In this document: one piece after another, positions 56,942-64,000 of the stretch
Numbering within the stretch: the first letter of the stretch is position 1
How the letters are laid out: each line of letters begins with the position of its first letter
Assembly: GCF_041146345.1 (NCBI RefSeq)
Contig: NW_027191415.1
Coordinates: 372,001 to 436,000, forward strand
Direction: 5' to 3'
Origin: Neodothiora populina
Lineage: Eukaryota
Length of the DNA stretch: 64,000 nucleotides
Translations under genes and position numbers: made by a program
The notes under the pieces: generated by a model
What the model saw: the letters and a program-made list of their open reading frames with translations, nothing else
The model's database searches: none
Told to the model about the DNA's origin: nothing

Positions 56942-59355
56942 ATGGCAGCCTCGACCACAGAACCCAGGGTCCGCCGAGACTCGAGAATGACACTGAATTT
57001 GCACAAGGCCTCTCTAACCCTCACCTGGCCCCGGTCCACGCCAAAGCCTAGAGACTCTCCCCTTCCGCAACCTCAAACCAACCGCTCCTGCGCAGGCCAC
57101 ACAACAGCATATACACAGACAATGACAGACGGAGACGCTCGTCGCGGGCGTCACGGCCCCGGGCACGGGCACAGGCGGGGTGGCGCCGTGGACCTGACGC
57201 CGTCGCTGGCCCCGTCTGCATCTCCCTGGGAGCACGTCAGGGCCATCGGTCCTGGTCTCGAGACGGAGGCGCCGGCGCGGAACATCTCCGCCGTCATGCG
57301 GAGAACGCCTGCGAAGAGGCAGCGGCAGGGGGCTGGTGTCGACCTTCGGCAGAAGTTTGTCGCCGGTCGCGAGGGTGGAGAGCAGCAGGTGAGTGCTGAG
57401 TGAATGCGATGCCCTCATGTACAGCTCAGAGCTAACTCGTTCAGCAGTCGGATTGGCAGTGGCAGCTGGAGCAGGCGGCGAGTGAAGGCCTGGCTTTCGA
57501 TCGGGAGCTTGCGAGGCGCTGTTCTTCTGTCTCTGGAGCTCTCGCTGCATCTCGGCCTGGCTCATTTGATGGTGTGCTGCTTCGCTCTCGCTCCTCTTCA
57601 TCCTCCGACACCGTCACTGCGACTTCAGGGACTCCTACCGAGCCTGCCCCTCCCCTCCCCCCAAAGTCTCCCAAGAGGGACTCAGCAGACTTCACAGTCC
57701 ATCGCCGTGACTCCAGTCTTCCGAAGATCAAGCGCCAGGCAGCTGCTCGTCTGTCCAAACTCCCTGCCATTTCATCTCTGCAGTATATAAAGTCGCCATC
57801 ATCGACCGGCGCTGAAGCGATTTCACCCACCACGATGAGCACTGCAGGAGCGCTACGTAGACAGAGTCTCTACGACGATAGATCCACTGTATCGTTGTCG
57901 TCTCCAGGATCTCACTCGCCGGTTGCGGGCTCTCCGTTCTCTCGTTCGCTGTTCGAGGACTTTGGTCCGGACAGGCGAGATGTTGACGTCAGGGAGGAGT
58001 ATTTCCCTGTCCTCTCGCTTGGTCCGCAGGGGCCTAGACATGCGATTTCCGGCGCAAGTCCTTCGGCAAACGATGACGAAAGTGTCCACGAGGATGACCG
58101 CGAGCGTGCCATCAGCCCCGTGAACGTCGACACAGGAATAAGTGGAACCAGTCGTCTCGATACACAGGGTCTTGGCTCGGACCCCACAGTGCACTCTTGG
58201 AGTGAATCATTCTCGCAGGCCGCGCCTTTTCGCTCTGTTGTCGAAGCAGTGAACGACGACGGCGACGAAACAGTTCCACAATCTGCGTCGGTAACGCAAG
58301 AACCCACTCTTGTCGAAACCGCCCTGGCGCGCGCAAGGCGCGAGAGTCTCGTCTATCAGAACCAGCATAAATGCGGCGACGGAAGATCGTCACTGGGCGT
58401 TTTGCCGCTGCGAGCTGGTGTTGCCGTTATGCAGAGGACAGGCACGGATGACTCCCACGGCCTGCACAATGATGAGGATGATGAGGATGATGATCATGGT
58501 GATGGTGATGATGACGGCACAGAAGAAGTAGAGAAGCATGGTCCAGGAATGCTGTCATTTGACTCGTCGACAGCGCTCATGAATTCCTTTGCCCTGGACG
58601 GTACCGCTGGCGAAGAAACACAAACCAAGCAAGAACAAGACGAGCACGACCTTATCTTGTCGTCGTGTCCCTCTCCGTCCTCTGCATCCCCTCATCTACA
58701 ACAACAATATAACAGCTACGAACCCACACCAGAGAACAGAGTATCTTCTCGCTCTTCATCCCAGGAGTCTTCAGCCCCAGCCCCAGAAATGCCCCTCATA
58801 CAAGCGCCAAAAGTGACCCAACAAGCGCGACAGCGCAACAGACTCGTGCGCAAAACGCCCCTATCCGAGCGCGGCGGCGGCGGCGGCGGCGGCGCTAGTA
58901 ACCGCGAAAAGACCGCGAGAAACAAACGACGCGTCAAGTCTTCATCGCTTCCTTCGACTTCTACTTTTTCCCCCTCCTTTGCGTTCCTGGGAATGGGCGA
59001 GTGGCGCAGATCGCCTCCGGCTGATGCCCAGCATGACAACGACGGCCTCGACGAGACTGGTACTGGTACTTACTGCACGTACTGCCACAGAGACATTTCG
59101 ACCTCGTCGGCGTCGTCGACTTGTTTGTCAACTTCATTGTCGCCTTCCGTTTCAGACTCATCGTCGCCATCGTCATCAGCGGAGACAGAGACTGTGCCAG
59201 TACCAGTGGCGGGGTTTGAGAAACGGTGTGGTCGGGCCAGTAGGGTTTATCATTGCCTTGATGGGGACTACGACCAGAAGCAGAGACAGAGGGAGAAGAA
59301 ACTGGAGAAACAGGAGAAGAAGAAGAAGAAGATGCAGAGAATCAGTCTGAGATGA
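56942..59355 (+). CDS. Low-complexity Ser/Pro-rich hypothetical protein (probable intron 57389-57444; start 56942 or 57122)
   Basis: A 593-codon open frame is joined in phase 0 to the upstream ORF by GTGAGT..GCTAAC..CAG. No domain recognised. Confidence 0.55.
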
Positions 59356-60555
59356 GGTCGTCCAGGCGAGGCTCTCTGTATGGCGCCCGGTCACGGTGTT
59401 TTTTGAATGGAGGCGGGGGCGGCATGGAGATTCGAGGCACAGAGCGAATATTGTTCCTCTGGGGGAAATGAATATCAGGAGGTAGTTTGGCGGTAAAGAC
59501 GATTGAAAGGCGTTTCAGTTCAGTCTATTGAGGAATTCTCGAGAAGCTTTATGCAAAGAAAATCACGTGAGGACTGGCTACGAGTCGATATCTGAGTAGC
59601 AAATTGCTCATTCAACCAGCGGGGGTTGGGGGTTCTTAGGCTAGCTGAGCAGGTACTGTCCTGCAAATAATCTCTTACTTTCATTGATGTTCAGATGAAT
59701 CACGTGATATAGTCATGTTGTCAATTGAGGGGTCTTCGAGGTGAAGCAGGGAATGCTTCACCTTCGCACTCCTTGTCACCGGCGTAGGTGTCTACATATA
59801 CGCATAAACGCATGCATAGACATACACTCCGTTTATAGCTCTAGATCGTTGCGTTCCCTTACCAGGACTGTTACTTACCTCGCGGACATAGCACAGACCC
59901 CTGAGACGCTCTTCAATATCGCCAACCTAAAATCGACAAAAATGAACTCGGCAGACAAGTACCAGGCACGTCCAGTGTCGAAGGCTATATCCCATGACAA
60001 CTGACAGAACAATGTCGGCGATGAACTAGTTGCCTGCACTTCTCGAGCAAGCCCTTGGTGATTTCCTGGGTCGGCGGCGCAGATCAGCAAGGACGTCTGC
60101 TGGCGCGCCGCAGGACCACAGACAGAAAAGAAACTCCAACTCTCGGGCTCGGCGAACGCTCCGAGGGACTTGGTCATGCAGATCTGCAACATGCCCATCT
60201 CATCGCGTCGCTAAGCTTTCGATTGCCCACTAACCTGTGGGTCTCGTTTTCATCTCGCGCTTGTCTCGTTCTCGCCTCGCTCTCGCTTCATGGCTTGGAC
60301 AGTCAGTCCGATTGCTCAGCACGACGAACGCCAGCCGGGTCGGAGTTGATCGCGTACCTTGCACTAGAAGTAAGGTTCGGGGGACGGCCTGTCCTGTATG
60401 AGAGCGCACGGCGAGCAAAAGGCACAAGGCGCAAGGAACAGAATGCGGGAATTGGAACGGGCAAATCGGAAACTCAGGGAAGACAGGTCCACCCACCCAC
60501 CCTTACATACGTGGCACGGAAAAGACGGCGAGCTTGAAGGATAAGAAGAAGTCAC

Positions 60556-60582
60556 GACGACGACGACGACGACGACGACGAC
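60556..60582. repeat. (GAC)9 microsatellite, intergenic
   Basis: Direct reading of sequence. Confidence 0.9.
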
Positions 60583-63500
60583 AACAAGAAGCTGAAAGGG
60601 TCCATCCAGAGGCAGCTGATGTGGGTAAAGTCCTCGTCCAAAGGAAGCTGAGCAAGTAAATGCAGGGAGCATGATAAAAGAAAAGCCTAGCCAGGACCCT
60701 ACCAAAGCAACGACAAGGGCGGCGTTCATGTGTCGGCGTCATAGATTTCGATCAAGTCGAGCTGAATGAATAATGTCCGAAGGGCGACCCGGCTTTCTCG
60801 CATCTTCGCGTTCTTTTTTCGGGGGTATTTCGACCTTGGCCCTGCGTTGTTAGTCAGTCCCTACGGAACGGAAGACTCGGGCAGAACGAGAGGTGATGTA
60901 TTTGGTGCGCTGATGGGAACAGTGGGGGATGCTCGTGGGGAAGGTACAAGTATGCAATGTGCGTGCTGCATCGAACAAACAGACGGAGCTTCTGTGCACA
61001 GACAGCTCGATGGAGACATGTGTTAGTAAACAAGATAAGCTTCGAACAATCTCGATACACCTTAAAGCAAGATGAATGGTGGATATCAATTTTCCGTAGC
61101 AGTTGTCGAAAGAGCACAGGAGGCGGCCCGGCGGTCGTCATATCGGCCGCAAGCTACCGGACTTTGACAGACACGGAGTGGAACCTGTTTTGACTCGAAC
61201 AGACGGCACCACAACCATCACATACACACTAAGGTAACGTAGGTGCTTCTGATGGCCCAGCAGACGGGGTTTGTATCCGTTAAGGTAAGCAACAGACTCG
61301 GCACATGATGCACACGAATATGCAACGCCGTTTTCGGTTGTTCTTGATCTGGTACGATAGCTGGGAACTATTCTTTAGCCACAATGGGTCATGATTCAGC
61401 AAACGGTTCTGCAGCAGCAATTAGGGTGCAGTTCGACAGCTCGTATCTCAACGCACCGATGTCATCAGGGCGTGCCCCTCGTTGACTCATGCCATCGCTC
61501 GACAGGGAATAGATCAATGTTCTGCAAGACACGACCTTGTTTTGCTCAACGGTGCGCACGATCTTCATACCACGCTAGCCCTACCCGCTCACGTCCTCAT
61601 GTTGGGTGGTCAAATCTATCGCTACGACGTGCATCAAGAAGATTGTGCATATTCAGTGGCAGCAGCAATAGCGATGAGACTTTTCAAGTCGGTTGACTAG
61701 ATCAACTCACACCAGAGTAACCAAGTGCGTTGGTGCTTCACGAAAGCCCTTGAAAATGTACCTGTACAAGGCGATTGAGGCGCCAACCTCTCTCAGACTG
61801 GCGGTACATAGGTACCATTACCGACTATTGCAGAGGGCCCCCAAGGAGACGTAGGGAGCTGCGAGTGGTCCCAATACATGCTAGTCCTCTACCTCCAAGC
61901 CATGCCAAACTACTCGAATGGACCTAGACTCTGCCCACATCAAGGAAATGGACAGCAATAGACGCGCTCACCGAACATGTTCGCTACGGGACAGTAGCGA
62001 ACAATACAATAATCCACAATGGATCCAGTTGTGATCCTCTACGAGATAGCGCAATATGAGCCGTCAACACAACAACACTACTTGCATCAGTCTGCCTCTA
62101 AATATTTGCGCAACGAATGCTGGGCAGGGGCCAAATCTCTCATGGGCAGGCGGCCCGATTCCTACGGTCATCAAAGTTGTCCCTGAGATCCTATGCTCCG
62201 AGGAAGACCTGTGCCCAAGGACACAAGATTTTGATCTGGATGAGTGCTGTGTTGCGATGACAGGATGACCCCGAGAATGGTACCTCTTCACACACGATAA
62301 GCGGTTGGGGCCGCTCCAGTCAGCGTCTGACTCAGCGTTGGTGCTATTCGCAAGACTACTGTACGCAAAAGCGACATGCTTGATCAGCGTGCCTGCATCA
62401 GTGATACGAGTATAGGGAAAACGATGGTAGGTCATCTGCTCTCGACTTGCCTTTGGTGCCTAAAAGCTATCTGTTCCTGCTGGTCAGGCATACAACTACC
62501 AGCTGCTGTAAATAGCCATTGCAAGCTCCCATCCTGTACAAGAATATCCATGTTGCAGATATACGTTTCTCTTCGAATAGTTCAGGAAGTGCATAGGTCC
62601 TGACATCGGAGCTCAATACTGCCATCGAAACTCACCCCTTGCGCAAGTTAACGGTACAGGACAGAACGGCAGCGGTACAGGTACAGTACAGTACCTTGGT
62701 ATGTGGAGTGTCGTTCCGAGGCGTATTTGGAGGGGAATGATGGTATGAATTGACATACTGTGGGTCGATACAAGTGTGCCGGTTGTAGTTGATACTTCAA
62801 GGTCCTATCGAGCTACTTCTATGCGAGATCCGAAGAGGATTTTGGACATATTAAGTGTGCCTGTTGCGAATATGTAAGCCAGTCGAGTGTGGACTTGACA
62901 TGTGGTGGGAAGAAAACCAGGCACGCAGCGCTCTATCGATTCACAAGTTGTTTTACAGATTTGCCGTGTAAGCCCTCGACCGTCGCCATGTCAATGAACA
63001 GCTTGCAACTCTATCGCTCCGGTAATCGGTGTCGATCCCCAGAGCGCTAGATTCGGTCTATTTCGTACATGATATGCCTTTCCGCCTCAGCAGACTACAC
63101 GTATCTTATACTCAAGAGTGAGTGTTCACCGCTGATCCGCAGCTTGGGATTGATTTGCGCATAAGGGAGCGACGTGGGCGGCGTTGTCAACACAAGGTAC
63201 GCCATGTAACGTACCTGATAAGGTGTAAACCAAGTTCGGCCAGCACCAAGAACATCTGGTCCTGACGATTTGTAAAGAAGCATATGAGGGGTTAGGTGGC
63301 TTGCGTAGTCATATAATGGGCAAGGGTGAGGTACAAGTACACAGGTAGCATGTAAATGTGTAGAGGTAGCAGGTCTAGGTCGCGACAAAATCTGATGGAA
63401 GCAGGATTTCTACCCATACGTAACTCAGGAGGCCTTCTTGTTGATCATTATGACCACTTGTGCTGTCGTGAAGAGCCATATGGCCTGAGCAGAGGCATAC

Positions 63501-63610
63501 GTTTGGACATGAGGCGACTGGAAGCTGTTGATGCTGAACTGAGCACACCGCCGAGGTGATTATATGTTATCTATATATACATATATAAGTGGTCAAAAGG
63601 GCAACCACAA

Positions 63611-63713
63611 GCAGCTTTAGCTCACTTGGGAGAGCGCCAGACTGAAGTTTACTTTGGTCCAAAGCATTCTGTGCGGTATCTGGAGGTACTGTGTTCGATC
63701 CACAGAAGCTGCA
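63611..63713 (+). tRNA. tRNA-Phe(GAA) with 30-nt intron (63648-63677)
   Basis: GCAGCTT-TA-GCTC ACTTGGGA GAGC-G-CCAGA-CT GAA G[intron]A-TCTGG-AGGTA-CTGTG TTCGATC CACAG-AAGCTGC-A. Stems pair, mature length is 73 nt, and a TTTTT terminator lies at about 63720. Confidence 0.93.
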
Positions 63714-64000
63714 CGTAAATTTTTGATTTCTTCTGATTTCTTTTTTGCTATATCTTTTGGCCGTCCATCTGTAAGGCGAGAGAGATTTGCTTCTTTTATG
63801 TAACAATATAACAGAGATGTAAAGCTACCTACCCATCGAGCCCACGATGCGTAGAATCCTTCGTAGCCAGGCGTCTACCCTCTGAACTCTTTTAGAAGCA
63901 TCACTGGCGAAGCCTATGTGCATAAAGCTCGATTTCTTTTCGCATAGCAGATAGGTACGCAAGATTAGACACTGTATTCTCATCATTGCGTGCTCATATT

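Noticed and set aside
1..64000. Transposons, LTRs, telomeric arrays, rRNA, CRISPR
   Set aside because: No transposase or RT motifs, long terminal or inverted repeats, TTAGGG arrays, rRNA-like sequence or repeat-spacer arrays were seen by eye.

Overview
Gene-dense window from a filamentous ascomycete (Pezizomycotina-type) nuclear genome, judged from short GT-AG introns with CTRAY branch sites, a Zn2Cys6 factor and intron-containing tRNAs. About 21 apparently intact protein genes, 2 tRNA genes (Thr-CGT, Phe-GAA) and 3 disrupted genes are supported. The left half (about 4-24 kb) is accessory metabolism: SDR, threonine aldolase, a small secreted protein, EthA-type monooxygenase, and a HOL1-like transporter / amidase / peroxisomal copper amine oxidase amine-utilisation cluster. 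It shows staged gene disruption. A YIM1-like reductase has an ACG where the start codon should be plus one in-frame TAG, a sterol C24-methyltransferase has one in-frame TGA, and the amidase has a large internal deletion. The right half (about 35.5-60.6 kb) holds mostly core genes (REX1, RPF2, MTD1, MMS19) in a domain rich in microsatellites that also expand inside proteins. No transposon, rRNA or CRISPR was recognised, and I cannot claim a clearly new system. The best leads are the single-stop genes (decay versus RNA editing or readthrough), the SSR-rich domain, a tRNA-Phe with a non-canonical 15:48 pair and a subtilisin with a large insertion beside the catalytic Ser. All family calls come from motif recognition, not database searches.
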